Positions 35,411 through 52,300 of a stretch of 64,000 bases of DNA are shown here, piece by piece. The notes under the pieces are model-generated. The model did not search any database. It was not told the origin of the DNA and saw only the letters and a program-made list of their open reading frames with translations. Position numbers and translations under genes: made by a program. Within the stretch, counting starts at the first letter, position 1. Each line of letters opens with the position of its first letter. Source of the DNA: Tubulanus polymorphus (lineage: Eukaryota; Animalia; Nemertea); NCBI RefSeq assembly GCF_964204645.1, contig NC_134030.1:11553947-11617946 (forward strand), read 5' to 3'.

Positions 35411-35543
35411 CATCCTCCCTAGCCAAGGATTTAGAACCTGATGGCATCACTACACTCAGCCAACACCCGGTCTAGTGTGGCAGGATTTCATACCATGGCA
35501 ATCTCCATGCCATCGGGTTTAAATCCCTGCTGGGGGGAGGATG
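35411..35543. mobile_element. Shorter copy of the CATCCTCCC MITE
   Basis: CATCCTCCC...GGGAGGATG; flanks GCTGAATAC / TCTGAATAC. Confidence 0.65.
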
Positions 35544-36143
35544 TCTGAATACTTTTGGTTTTAAGAAATAGGCCTATAAAGTTTTCCCAGCTCTTTTTCC
35601 ATTTCTACCCATTTCGCCCTAAATGGAAATTATCGGTAGTAACTATATAGGAATGTATATGTAAGCATGTCAATGGATACATCTATTCTTATTTTATTTT
35701 GATAGATTTGCAGGGGGTGCTGTTTATATGCTTATACTGAAATTGTTAAACCAAGCCCTATTTCTGCACAGTCACTCGATTCACCTTGTCACAGCATTTA
35801 GTATCAAGTGAGGGGCTTACGTGTGAACATGCTCAATAATTAGGCACTGGTGAAATTCAACGCGGGCCTATGTGGCCCGGCCAAATCGTCTCCGCATTAT
35901 CACAGCTAAAATATAGGCACAATCGTTTTCTTGAATTCGCTAAAACACTATGTAAGTAAGTTGTAAGCCGTACATAGGTCATACATCCATGTACTTTTTT
36001 CATGTGGGAACACCATATTCACAGTAAAACAGATTTACGTACAGACTTTTTAAATTTTAAAATGAACCTATCTTTTGTTTTTATTGTATGTCTCCAAAAC
36101 TGATGGCAAACAAACCATGATGTCGTGTGCATGACATATATAA

Positions 36144-36544
36144 GCTGCGTTCACACTAGGATTTCAGGACAGTACTAAGCGTTCACACTTGGGAATGATT
36201 CGAGGCCTATTGGCGGCTTATTCAGTTCCGTACTGAAATACGCAGCTTATTTTAAGCGCGGAATGCGATTCCGCGCCGAAATCCCGATCTCAGTATGGAA
36301 CTGAGCTGGCCGCGTATTTTCTGTAGTGTGAACGCAGATTGGGTGCTCCGCGTATTACAATACACTCAACACTCATTGCACTCCCCTCTATTGGCGCACC
36401 GGATGACTATTATACTGAGCATACTAAGCCGAATCGCCGACTCTACGTGTGACCGTAACTGGCTGTGTAAGCGCCGTATTTTGGTGAATTCGGCACTAGC
36501 GGACTACGATACTTCATAAGCGCCGTATCTAGTGTGAACGCGGC
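36144..36544. mobile_element. PIF/Harbinger-like MITE (full copy)
   Basis: TIRs GCTGCGTTCACACTAG / CTAGTGTGAACGCGGC with TAA/TAT flanks. Confidence 0.75.
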
Positions 36545-39500
36545 TATACTCAGGATACTGTAATTAGCAAACTAGCTCTGATTACCTACCAAATTAGAAT
36601 ATATTAAGATTTATTCCCAAATAATCTATACATCAAATACTCTACATTTGCCATTATGTTTCAACTTACTGCGCTAAGAGAATCATTTTTAGATGTTCCT
36701 TAAAACATGCTGCTGGCTATCTGTGTCTTGTAGTATAAATGTCATCACAGCGGTGATGGGCATTACGACCTCATCCTTATATCCGTTGAACAGCTTCTGC
36801 AAAGTATAGATTGTAAATAAAATCATTAGGTTTCTAAAAATAACAATAAACCATATACATAAACCTCTAATTCTTGTTTGAACTCTACTATTGACATTTA
36901 TATGCAGATCAGGGGATCTATTTTTGAGCTGCTATTTTCATCGGAGATATTCTGGCTTTGAGTATTTTTTGCTTCGGCTTTAAGCCTCTATTAATAATAA
37001 GATGTTACTGACAGTCGCCACGAGGCAAATTGATGTGTTTGACTCGGTCTTCTGTATCTTTCTTACGTTTGCACTATGTTTTGTACTGAGAAGTTACATC
37101 AATGTAAATTGCTTCCGACAGGGTCTGTAGAAAAGCTTCAGTTGCATAGCCTGACGCCGCTGCAATATTAATGATGTATTACACCAGCGACTGATGACTT
37201 TTGACACATAATGTACGTAATATCCTCTTCAGCTTAAGGTTGCGCTAGTCTCTGTGGTAACAGTAATATCATCAAGACTTAACACCCGATCATCAATTTT
37301 TTCCGTTTGCTAAATTGAATACATGTTAGCAGCATACATATAAATAGATTTGACAAAAGCCTGAGGGGCAAATTATATTTCCATATTTCTATTGCCAGTC
37401 CCTTTTGAATTTGTTATTAAGATTTGAGCTTTTTATAGTCTATTCATCTGTACGCATAGCCTGCAGATGATGCAATAGAAGACATTAGTTTGAGTTGAGA
37501 AATGTTATTACCAGAACTCTTACACTTATACACCCATAGTAATTGAATTTCACATGAGAGTCAATTCATTTGGAATTTCTTAATGTTGCCTGCAAATGTT
37601 GGTTTCATCTAACTATGTTTTCTGTTTAGGAGCATCGCACACAGTCCAGTGGGTGACAAAAAGTTGTGTTTTTCTGATTTGTTAAACCGGGCTCCAATCT
37701 ACCTGGTGACGCGACAGGTCACCACATTCACGCTACTGCTGGTTAGACCGGTCCAAATGGGTTCATATCTGGAACGAGCAAAATTAGGAACTGACCTGAT
37801 TCGGTCTTTTAGGTCAGATAAAATTGGACCAGTCTAAAATTGAAGTGACCAAACTGTTACAGACTTTTTCCAAGTGTGACCACTTGGGCTGGTCCAAATT
37901 TGAATGGGCCAAATTTACACCGGACTAAATAATGTAGAGCATGATTGCGCCTTATCGTAGCGTTGCGCTCGGATAAAATTTAGCTATAATCATCTAGGAA
38001 TTGTTGTTGGTCATAGGGCTGAACAACCGCATGCTCACATAAACACTGATTCTGTAGTGTCATTGCCCGCTTTTTACTCATTCTCATGATTCGTTCTAAA
38101 TGGGGCCACTCCAGAATGAGGTTATGTGCATATTATTCCCCCCCAAAATGCAACGATATGCCTACTTATTTGGGTTTCTGCTGCCTCCGCAGAAACCCTA
38201 TTGTATTTCTGCTGATTATTATTTTAACATATTTTCCACTGAGTTTCGTCATATAAAAATTATCATCTATCAGATTCGACTACTAACAGCTTTTAAACGA
38301 AATGTTAAACCCTGATAGTAATATAATAGTCTCTTTCTCCGCGTAGATTCTATGGATGTACTGCGCATCTTAAACTCAACTCAAAATTACTTAAAGATAA
38401 CACCGGTGGAAATAGCTATGGTCAATCATGGCGCGTACTGGCGTGAATCTGTGAAAGTTTGTGATGTCATTTCATAGATAGATAAAGAAGGAAGGCTCCG
38501 AGAATCTCAGGTTACTGTGAATAACTGGGGTTCGACTATTCACAAGTTCAAAATATACTTCCTTGTCTGTGAAATACGTTTATTCATACTGTTATAAAAG
38601 GCAGTTCCTTTTAAACATTCTGTAATAGTATTTGTTTTGCTCTTGGATATCAATTCTACGAAGGTTTATTTGTTTATTGTACCGGTACGCATTTTTGAAA
38701 ATTGAATTGGTCCGGTCCATTAGGCCGTGCCGTGGCAGTCATACTAGTTAGCGTCAGAAAATGTCAGCGTCGGTGATATCTCGTTGTCGTCGATATTAAA
38801 CGGTCTAAAAATCTAGTTTGTACATCACATAGATTACAAATTGGAGGTCCCTTGTACATCACATTGGGATGCAGCGGTGTTGTTAAGAGTGCTCCTTAAG
38901 ACGGTTTACGACGTTAGTTAGCACAACTGTGGAGTCAGAGAAACCAATATGGCGCCTCATTCGAAAAGCGGCTCTAATTCAGGCCCAAACTATTAACATT
39001 TTGACCAAAAGAAAGTAAGTTTTTGTGGCTTAAAGTTACTGATTTTTATTCCCCCAAAAATGATTTTTTAAATCTTTTCGACTTTTTGAATATGGGCCGT
39101 TTTCATCCCTGTGATGTCATAGAAGAAGAAAGTCAGTTGAAAATAATATTTTGTCATTAGTTAATGCTGAAAAATGGGCCTCAGATGCTCCAAAAACCCC
39201 TTGAAATTTCAAAATTTTCTTGGGGGCGGACCCCGAACCCCCCATAAGGGGATTCGCACCTTCGGTGCTCGCAACTGCTGGCCTAGTAGTTGTAGTTATT
39301 TCTGCGTTTTTCAGACTACTCCGTTTTCATCCCTGAACTTGTGTATTGGTTATTTCACAGAGATGCCATCTTGAATCTGTTGAGCACCTTGGGCCAAATT
39401 TGGTTTTTTGTAACTAGTCGACTATTTATCGGAACTAATAATAGGGCCTAACCGAATACGCTTAAACTGCCACTAAGGAATGGTAAAAACACCGTATCTT

Positions 39501-39565
39501 CGTTATTCTCGATGTTTTCCCCCCTAAATTTGGCACATTAGTACTTTCCGCATAGTAGCACATTC

Positions 39566-39650
39566 GTAGAGTATCTGTGTTAACCAGGTATAAAATAAGT
39601 AACGAGATGAGTAGTACCTTATAGGTTAACTATTTATTTGACGCACGAGC
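39566..39650 (-). repeat. Fragment of the Penelope-like family seen at 59.0-59.3 kb
   Basis: GTAGAGTATCTGTGTTAACCAGG...TATTTGACGCACGAGC is the reverse complement of ~59202-59286. Confidence 0.7.
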
Positions 39651-42600
39651 ACGTAGTAGCACATGTGGGTCAACATATCCATGTTATAAGCTGACCCCTA
39701 GGTGACGCTCCTTCAAAAAAGCGGAATATTATGAACTGGGTAAAATCTTTGCACGCATACCTGTACGACATTCTATCCAGAAAGGCAGAAACCCGTTTTT
39801 CGCTGCTTGCAGCTATATTTTCTTTAATGTCCTCATATATTCGGGGAATTATGATGTGGAATGATAAAAATGAAAATTGCTCTGAATAATCTGAAATCTG
39901 ACAATAATTTCTTTACATCAAATCATTTTCAAATTGTTAATGAGGAAATATCCAAAACCCCCAAATACGGTTCCTTTGTGTCGTAGAAGTAGAACTCCTG
40001 CGATTCATAATGTGATCGTAAAAACGGGTGCGTCAGCGATAGTCGGATGGTCGACAGTAGTTGCCTAATAACAAGTTGGCGACCACTTTAGTTGCCTGTA
40101 AGCTTTACATATTGTGCGAGGTGCTAAGGCTTCAGACGTGCTTGTTATCTGTCTTTGGACTATTTTGCCTTTATCGCCGAATTACAAAATCTTTTTAATG
40201 CTTTAGGTTTAACTCAAACATGAATATCAGATCAGGTTAGATTTATGGCACACAAATATTCGCAACATTTTCTATCAATTAGTCTGTACCTGGAACATGT
40301 CAAATTAAGAATTGGCCAAATCAGAGTCTGCCTTGGCACTAGTCTGAATACCAGTCGTTGTTACGGGTTCCCTACAACTCCTGTCGCCAAAGTGACATAT
40401 AGAGGTTAACTCCTGTTAATTGTTATGTAACAACTGATTTGAGCGTCAAATCAAACCTTTGTACTATAATGAATTAATTAGTTACCTTGTTGACTTTGAA
40501 GTGCTTTATGATAATATTTGTGATGATTTAAATCGGGAACCAGAGAATTTATTGATTTGATTTGAATTGAATTGATTGCCACAATTGGGGTTTCCAATAC
40601 GGACTGAATTAATGAAATGTAAAAATTCAACATGTCTCACTTAAATTACTCTAAATGTTATTTTTTGTTGATAAAACGCATTAATTTTTGTGAATTTTAC
40701 CTTAAGAATTTGAAACAAGAATAATATCTGCATTGGCATCAATGTCAGTCCATGTTCAAGTCGCCACGAAAAGCCGCCATATTTGTTATGTTGCTTCACC
40801 TCAACTATTTTGCTTCACCTCAACTAGGCGACTAGTCAAAAGTTTTGAGTTACTACGATCGTCAAAAGTGACTTAGGATTACAAATTTATGCTCAAACAA
40901 TAGTTAACTTCCATCTGATTACAGAACAGTCAGTTTGAGGTAAGTTGATGGTGTTTTAAGGGGTGAAATAGACGCTCAAAGCCTCGTCCCTCAAAATTAG
41001 GGACGAAAATTAATTTTATATGTGCACTTTGGCCCTACACGTTGTTTGAGGAACAATGGCTAGGTTCTTGACTAACCTTGGCACATGTGTTGCCAAATTG
41101 GCTACTGATGACTGCCCCCTCTGTTAGATTTAACCCTGAAATTGATATCTAATTGATTTTGATTTCAAAATCTTTCTGATTGCAGTCTATCATATATGTC
41201 TAGACATATCAATCTATTGGAAATACAAGGACATTTTCAAAACAATTGAAATGGGTACTCTGTGCGCAAAGACAGATTTTAAGATAGATAATAATCCATT
41301 AGCCTATACAATAATTTCTAGGCAATATAGAAATTATATGAAATCTGTAAACTATTTTAATCAGCTTGAAGACAAATTGGTGACCACTTTATTAAAGTTG
41401 AATTCATACCACAGAGGACGATTGAGAAGGGACCTGGAACCAGTTTCTGTCCACATAGACAGATTTAATCTGTTCCGAAATTTAGAATGGACCTGGATCG
41501 GTCATTCAGGTGTGAAGAGGTGTGTCATTTAGCTTGGCTAAAGATATTTTTCCCACAGTGTTTACTGTAACGATCTCTTGTTCATCTATATGTCTTTGAT
41601 TAAATGCTGGGGAAAATCTATATTGATTTCCAAACCAATGATTTGACTCATGGGTCATCTGCAGCCGATCATTGATTCTGTTTCAGGAAACCTGAAAGTG
41701 ATTTGTACATTGTTTTCAGGCATATATGATCAATAAGTTGGTTGGAATACCATTTGTCAATGAAGTCATTTGTATTGAATTATTATAGCATTCGTTAAGT
41801 GATTTTTAAGGAGCCTTGATATGAATGTATTTCTTCTTGATGACCTTTTCCTAAGCAAATTCCATAATATTTTACCATCGAATATATAAAGATCCATTTG
41901 ATTTAAATGCTTCAATAATTGGTGATAGATTTTTTACATATTAATCAATTAAAGTACTTTTTGTGATGGCAGTATTTATGCTTTAACCTCAGACACCATT
42001 GTGGCGTGACGTTATATCTATATGCACATGTAGTAGTGACTGATCTGGATCTCCAGACTACCTAGCTTCCTCGTGTAACGTCGCACCAGTCTAATGAGCC
42101 TCGTCTTCTGGCATCCATCACCTCGCATGTGACCCGCTGGCTGTTCGTATTGATAAACATTTGTCATCCTGATCAGCCGCTGACTGACCGTCACATGTAG
42201 GTTTTTGTTGTTACGAAGGCGAATTAATGTTGCTTTCTCAGAACTTCTACTAGCCGGCATTATGCGTTACGGTTAGTGCTAAAAATTTTTACCAGGCGCT
42301 GTACACTTCCTTTACTGTTTTGATAGATACTTTTACTCCAATATTATAATTCATATACACCTGTGTTGGTTCATACACACCCTCGGTATAGCCAATCATG
42401 CTTAATTTCAGAATATATTCATATTTTCTGTTACCCAGTTTAACTCAATATACTTAGCTCACGACAGATGAAAAATCATAGTAATCATAATAATATCCCT
42501 GATCCCTCAGTTCTATGGAATAAGGCAGAGTTTACTTGACACATGCTACGTCTTCTCGTAACTTTGAATTCGATGGAAAAATTAGAATTCGATAGCAATG

Positions 42601-43194
42601 TTTTCTATAGGCCTACACGATATATTATTAGATTGCTCCAATGTTTGCGCATGTTGTTGGTTTTCGGATCTGCATGAATGTTGTTTAGCGTACAAACCAG
42701 GATTAGCATTATCATGACTATTGGTAATATCACTGTTGGCATCATTACTGGGTATCACGATTCCATATGTTAATAATGTTAATTTATCATATGCCTTTGT
42801 CATGTATTCTTCAAATATTGATAGTTAAAACTACTGTGTACGGCAAAAAAGAAATGTATTCTCATGATTATATTCCCTTTGCATTTATTTAATTTACTTT
42901 ATTCAACATTTGATTCCAATGACATGTATAACCCATAGCCATTTTACCTGCACTTTTACGTATAACATAATGTACTGCCTCGTCAATATCCTTCATATTT
43001 ATGGCCTATTAATGTGCCATTTGTTTTTATTATCCGAGATGTGATGACAGAGGACATGTTTTCATTATCTGTTTGAGGCTCTAGGTATCTTCACGCTGAT
43101 TTAAGTTTGGATTCATAAATCATCAATGATATCCACTGTCATTATCCGAACGTTGCCACGATTCTGTTTATCTCAAAAACTTTATATATAGGTC

Positions 43195-46501
<3,307 letters not shown>

Positions 46502-47065
46502 CCACATGGTAGTATCTAGTATCTAGAGATCTGACTTATGTGGACGGAGTCTACTGTAAATACTTTTGAATAATTAGGCCAGATGTAGGCTGAGCCTCTT
46601 GCTATATAAAAGGAGCAAATTTAAATGCTTTGGTTACCTGATTAGTCTGAGTGCGTAGTTATATGTGCAGCTTAGATGATGTCATTATTATCAGAAATTG
46701 ATAGGGTTTTTTGACGCCTTATAAAACGTTACCATTATGAAACCTAAACAATGTTAACCATTCAGCGTCATTTTACAAACGACAACCATACATCGATGTG
46801 CAAAACGTCACAGGTCTATGTGTGCACATACAAGCCATTTGGCAAAATATTATTGACAATGACAGACGTAGAATGCCTTCCTGTGATTATATAATGAGCT
46901 CTATTTGAATGTCGAAATGATATATATTGCATTGAATATCATTAGAAGACGTTTTGTAATAGTAAAGGATGTATGATTATATCAGAAGCAGCGGGCATAA
47001 ATAGAAATGATAAGTAAATCGGATTATTCGGTCAAAATGGCGGATGTATACACGATTTTGAAGTC

Positions 47066-47817
47066 CGATATAAAAGTAAGACCCTGACATGGGGATGCTG
47101 GTGGAATGACGAAGCTATCTACGATGTGTGTAGGGCCGGCGTGAATTTCATCGGCGGCTACAAGCGGTCAATATAAAAATGTGTAAACATATAATTTCAA
47201 TATTCAAATTATGTTCGATATTAGGGGTATGCAGGTTTCTTGAGATTAGCAATTTATAATAGCATAGCTGTCATAAACGGCTCCGCGTTCTCTGATGGCA
47301 TGTGTAGGTGACAATTCAATTCAATTCTATATTGATCCTATCTATTAAAATTCCAAAATTCAAGAAAGTTACAAATTTTAGAATAAGAAAATACAATATA
47401 CAAGACACACGCGTAATTCATACCGAATAACATAAATAAGTTATTTTAAATGACTGTCTACTTCAACCCAGACTCAAGAGGATATCGAGTGACAGCCAAA
47501 CCGGCGGACCGGGCCGGCTGGCAAGGCCACATGATATGCTCCAAAGTCATGATGAAGCAGACATCAGAAGAGCTCTTTTCTCAACCATGGAGGCAATGAA
47601 GTTGCAGACCAGCTTACAGACAAAAGTGATTGAAGTCGGTCGCAAGTTATCAACTTAAACTAGTACAATACAGTCAAAGACCTACCAAATCGCCAAATGT
47701 CATAATTCCCCAAATTTCTTAAAACTTCGATTTCAAATTCGCAATTCAACATAAGCTTATCCCAGAAATTCTACATTTTTTTCGCAGACGTCAAATAATT
47801 TATTGAAATTGATTTTC
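47066..47817 (+). repeat. Dispersed repeat family, copy 2
   Basis: Colinear with 18791-19610. Confidence 0.8.
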
Positions 47818-49089
47818 GAGTTATCGTTGAGTCTAGTATGGCAGGGTTTTGTGCCATGGCTGAGTAGCAATGCCATCAGGTTTGAATCCCTGCCGATGAA
47901 GGCGGTGGCCATCTATCAAATCTAGGAAATTCAATTATCGAAAAAGCCTCATATTACAGGGGATCATTCATGAAAATCTGAACGCAAAAAATATCAGTTT
48001 CAAAAAGCCAATCATTCAAGTTAGATTTCTGTGAAATCTTTAGTTGATTTGGTTCTTTGGAGGAGTTATCATTTGCATCCACAGAAAATTTATCATTGAC
48101 AATTAAGCAATGGTTGGCTAAGATAGCTTTTTCTGCCAAGTTGGCGCTGTAAGCATAAATAACTCACATGCTGATTAGCCATGTGCTTGGATTGCAAATT
48201 CAATTCAATTTTATCTGCCGATGTCAATCTCATGCAAAGATCAGATCAGTGGCAATGAGCTGCATATGTCCTAGTTGATGGAATACAACTGTCTCTGACA
48301 GTTGCAACCAAAATAAGCTGCTTCGTGACCACTGAACAAGTAATGATGGAAATCAATCCTATATGGATATAAGTTGACTACAGAGCATCGGTAGTGCAGC
48401 CTATAGGATTTTTTGGCATCACATTGGCTGGCCGCTCGACAAAATATATGGTCACCTGATACTACCTTACATTGCGTCATTGTAGTATGATACATATGAC
48501 AATATATCATTTTAATTGTGATAATCCTGAATTAATAATTGAGAATTGTATCTCTGAAATATGATATCGCTAGATACAGTATATGGAGCCTCTTAACAAA
48601 ATTTTTATTCCATTGTAGAACTATTCCGCTGTTGCACATCAGGTATTTCCTTCCAAAATATTCTCCCATGAGACCATCACAGCTGTCCATCTTTGTAAGC
48701 CAATCATTTCAAATAATATTTTTCTCCTCATCCTTTGGCGAATAATCACAAAACGAATGGCATAAATGAGACTGTGTATTCATAACCCACGGGAAATTAG
48801 CTGAATAAGTTTCAGCCATTTTCACTGCATGATTGAGCTTCAAGGATTGTAATCTAATTTCATCAGTTATTTTTCTTATTAGCCACTGAGGCTGAAATGA
48901 CAACAGGCTGCCTTCATATTTTTGAATGAGATTTAGCAACAGTGCTGAGCGAATAAGATCTGGATTGCTTGGTTTGTTTTTCTGTAGCACCATCACTGGT
49001 CATCATAAAACAATTTTGGTTTTAGAAAGTACATGAAATAGATCTGTGCCCCTTCCCCCCTATAAAACCTGGAAATTATTTCAGTTATC

Positions 49090-49399
49090 GATTTCAATTT
49101 CGATTTCAATTTCAATTTATTCATCATAAATCCAAAGTATAAGATTGTGTATGAAGAAAAACAACAATAACAACAAACAGACAACAACAAAAAGGAGGCG
49201 CAATAAAAGAAAAACATAAAAGGAGAGAGAGAAGTAATGCAATATCTAATAAATACATACAATATTCTTTAATGATATTTACAAGCCCATAATATATGAA
49301 TTTTGCAATATTTAAGAAGATTGGCTGATTGGGATTAGTAAAGGCCGAAAGAAAAGTCTCTAGGTTTAGATTTAAATGAAATGTGTCTGGTAGGCCCAT
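49090..49399 (-). mobile_element. 3' end of a 5'-truncated LINE
   Basis: ORF2-C-terminus-like ...FLNIAKFIYYG..., T-rich UTR, and AATAAA followed by a (TTGAAA)-like tandem tail on the minus strand. Confidence 0.5.
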
Positions 49400-52300
49400 A
49401 TCACATTTCTATGGGGATATGTGTTTCAACTAGCTGTCTATTCCTTTTTGTATTTAGCCTGTCCTTACTATCATCGGTTTAACCTTCTGAAATATTTCAA
49501 CGCATCTCTCATGATTTGGGAATAATTCAGAAATTCCTTTCGACAGAAATGAAAGAGAGGTTTTTGCTGCAGGTTGTATGTAGTACATGGTAATCAGTCA
49601 AGCTGCCACCACCGGTTATAAAATTCAATTACAGGTTTGCCATAAGCTGCTAAATTATGGACGTTGTGCCGATGGTCGGCAACTAAAATTGATCGGACAA
49701 AGATTGCCCGAAGGAGATTCACTAAGTGTCGAATTGGTTTTTGCATCAAATTGGTGGCTTTAACGTGGAAAGTGATTTGAGCCCTGAAGCTGATCAACAT
49801 CTCATCATGTTTTTTTCATGAAAAGCCACAAACACAGAATGACTTTCGGAGTCTCTAAATGTGAAGGCCTTTTTAGAGAAACAGATTTTGAAATATCATA
49901 TGAAAAGGGTTACTAATGAGGTAGCCTACTGTAGCCTCACTTATACTGTGGCGAGTGAGGATTCTGAGAGGATCCATCAGGTTTGCTAGTTGGTACTCAT
50001 TAACCACACTTAAATTTCATCTACATTTTAGTTGAATGCAAAACAACTTTTCTCATTAGTTTATCAATTCTTTGGTGAAGTCTACCCTGAAAGAAGAAAG
50101 TCAATCCTCAGGTCTATGTAGGCTATGTACAAAGATAAAACGAAAGGCTTTTTCCTCTGTAACATTTCTTGACTTGAATATAAGCTCGAGATCACTTGAA
50201 AAGAATAAAGGTAACAAAATGTATTGCTAGTGTGACAGATGAACTGGCCTTCCTAAAATGTTCATACGAATTTGATAGTGGTGCTGCCTTTCAATATAAC
50301 TATGTACTACCATAGGAGGTCACATTTAATGAACGATGCACGTTACAAATGAATAATTATGTTATTTTATTTTATTTGTTGTATTGATCAGTGCAAACAA
50401 AGATCTGAGAAAAATAAATTCAAAGCATCAAGAATACTGACCATATTAAAACCCCCATTAAATTGGCCCCGATTTTTTGAGTTGAAATGAACTTAGTAAT
50501 GTTGTTCTTGGGACGGATTTCCTTAGTTATAAAATCTTTAAAATAATAAGATTATATAGGCCCATGCCCACTTAAATCCTAGTGCTTTCGTCAAATATTT
50601 TCTCCAAATAGTTAAAATCATATGGCTTTTATCAAATATTTTGTCCTACTAATGAAAAAAATCATTATAAGATAAGGATTATTTCCATGGTTATAAGTCT
50701 TAATCTGCCACCATTGGCCTATCCCCGTAACTTCTTGGTAAATTTTTCAAATCCATGAATATGACGACACGTCGCCGTTACATGGGGTTGACTGTTATGT
50801 GCGGTTGATGACATTATGGAGATGCAGAAATACCAGGGGGGTCTGTGGGTGGATTATTAAGCTAAATAACCGAACAAAATGGACTTGGGCTTCAGACCAT
50901 CAATGCGTTAAAATGGAAAAAATATCTCCCTGCTGAAATTTGGACTCAGCATTTCGCTCACCACCTGAATTTTCCACCACTGCACCATTCATACCGCACT
51001 AATACGATATGCGCGAAAACCGTCCTAATCATTGACATTACAAATGGTTCGTGCGCATCTGTGCATATAAGCCGCAAATCCATACTTCACCTCACACATT
51101 TCAAGGGAAACAACCCACAGTCTGCGATGTTTATGAAAAGTCATAATGTGGCGATAATATCTTAGTTTCTCAAATTTTGCGTTACAGTGTGCCGGTATAC
51201 TTTTTTGATGCTGTTACAATAGTGTTACATTGACAACCACTATAAGGCTATGCGTTATTCAAAGGGTACTGTGTGAGCCCGTATGCACTGCGTCGTCGAT
51301 ATTGGCATTTCAAAATAACAATTGTGAATTTTGGAATCGATTGATCCTTTGAATTATCATCATTGGTTCTTGGGCTTCGGTGAGACCCTTATTCTTATAC
51401 TATCAATCTGTCTGTCTGCTTGTCTTTCAACTACTTAGCTTCCTTAATAGTGGGTCGGTCTTGATGAAACTTGGGTGCAATGTTGGTATTGGGGTTTTGT
51501 TTTGCAGTGCCAAAAACGGGCCAAGTGCACCACCTAGCAGCAGAACCATGCACTAAAAACTGTTTTATAGTGACATGACCTTGAAGATGACCTGGCCAAA
51601 CTAAACAAGTCGAAATTCAAAAAGTTGTCTTGAAAAAAAATTTAGCTTTAGTCCCTAGATACAACATATCTAAAATGCAATGAGAACTAAAGTGGATCTT
51701 CATGAATCTTGGGTACCAAGTTGGTATTGGGGTCTAGTTGTGCAGTACAAAGAATGCACCCGGTGTACCCCCAAGAGGCAGAATTAGGCATTAAAAATTT
51801 GTTTTTAACAGAGGAAGGGGGTTGAAATTTAAAGAGTTTTCTTGACAAAATTTAGCTATTGGCCTTAGAAACATCTAAAATGCAAAGGGAACTAACACGT
51901 GGTCACTTCAGAGTTCTAGTCTGAGCCCAAGAACCGTTATCGCCGATTGCTTGTATTATTCATTGTCAGTATTCGGCGATATGTGTGTGGTAGTTTTTTG
52001 GTTAAAATTGGTTTTTGTTGGTTCATTAGACTAATCATCGTTTCAGACTTGCTCGGAATTCATTAATCTATCGGAAAATTTCAAGTAGGCAGTCAATTCA
52101 GTCAATCAGTGCATGCCTTAAATTCCTCACAGTAGACAATACAAATTCTAGTTTCTGCGGGATTATATTATAATATATATGTATATTTGAGACCCGTTGG
52201 ATAATATGATGACTCATTTCTTTTGAGAGCCTAAAAATCCAGTTCAAAATTTCATTGAAAATAAACTAATTTTCACTATGTATAAGTGTATTCCTGTGCC

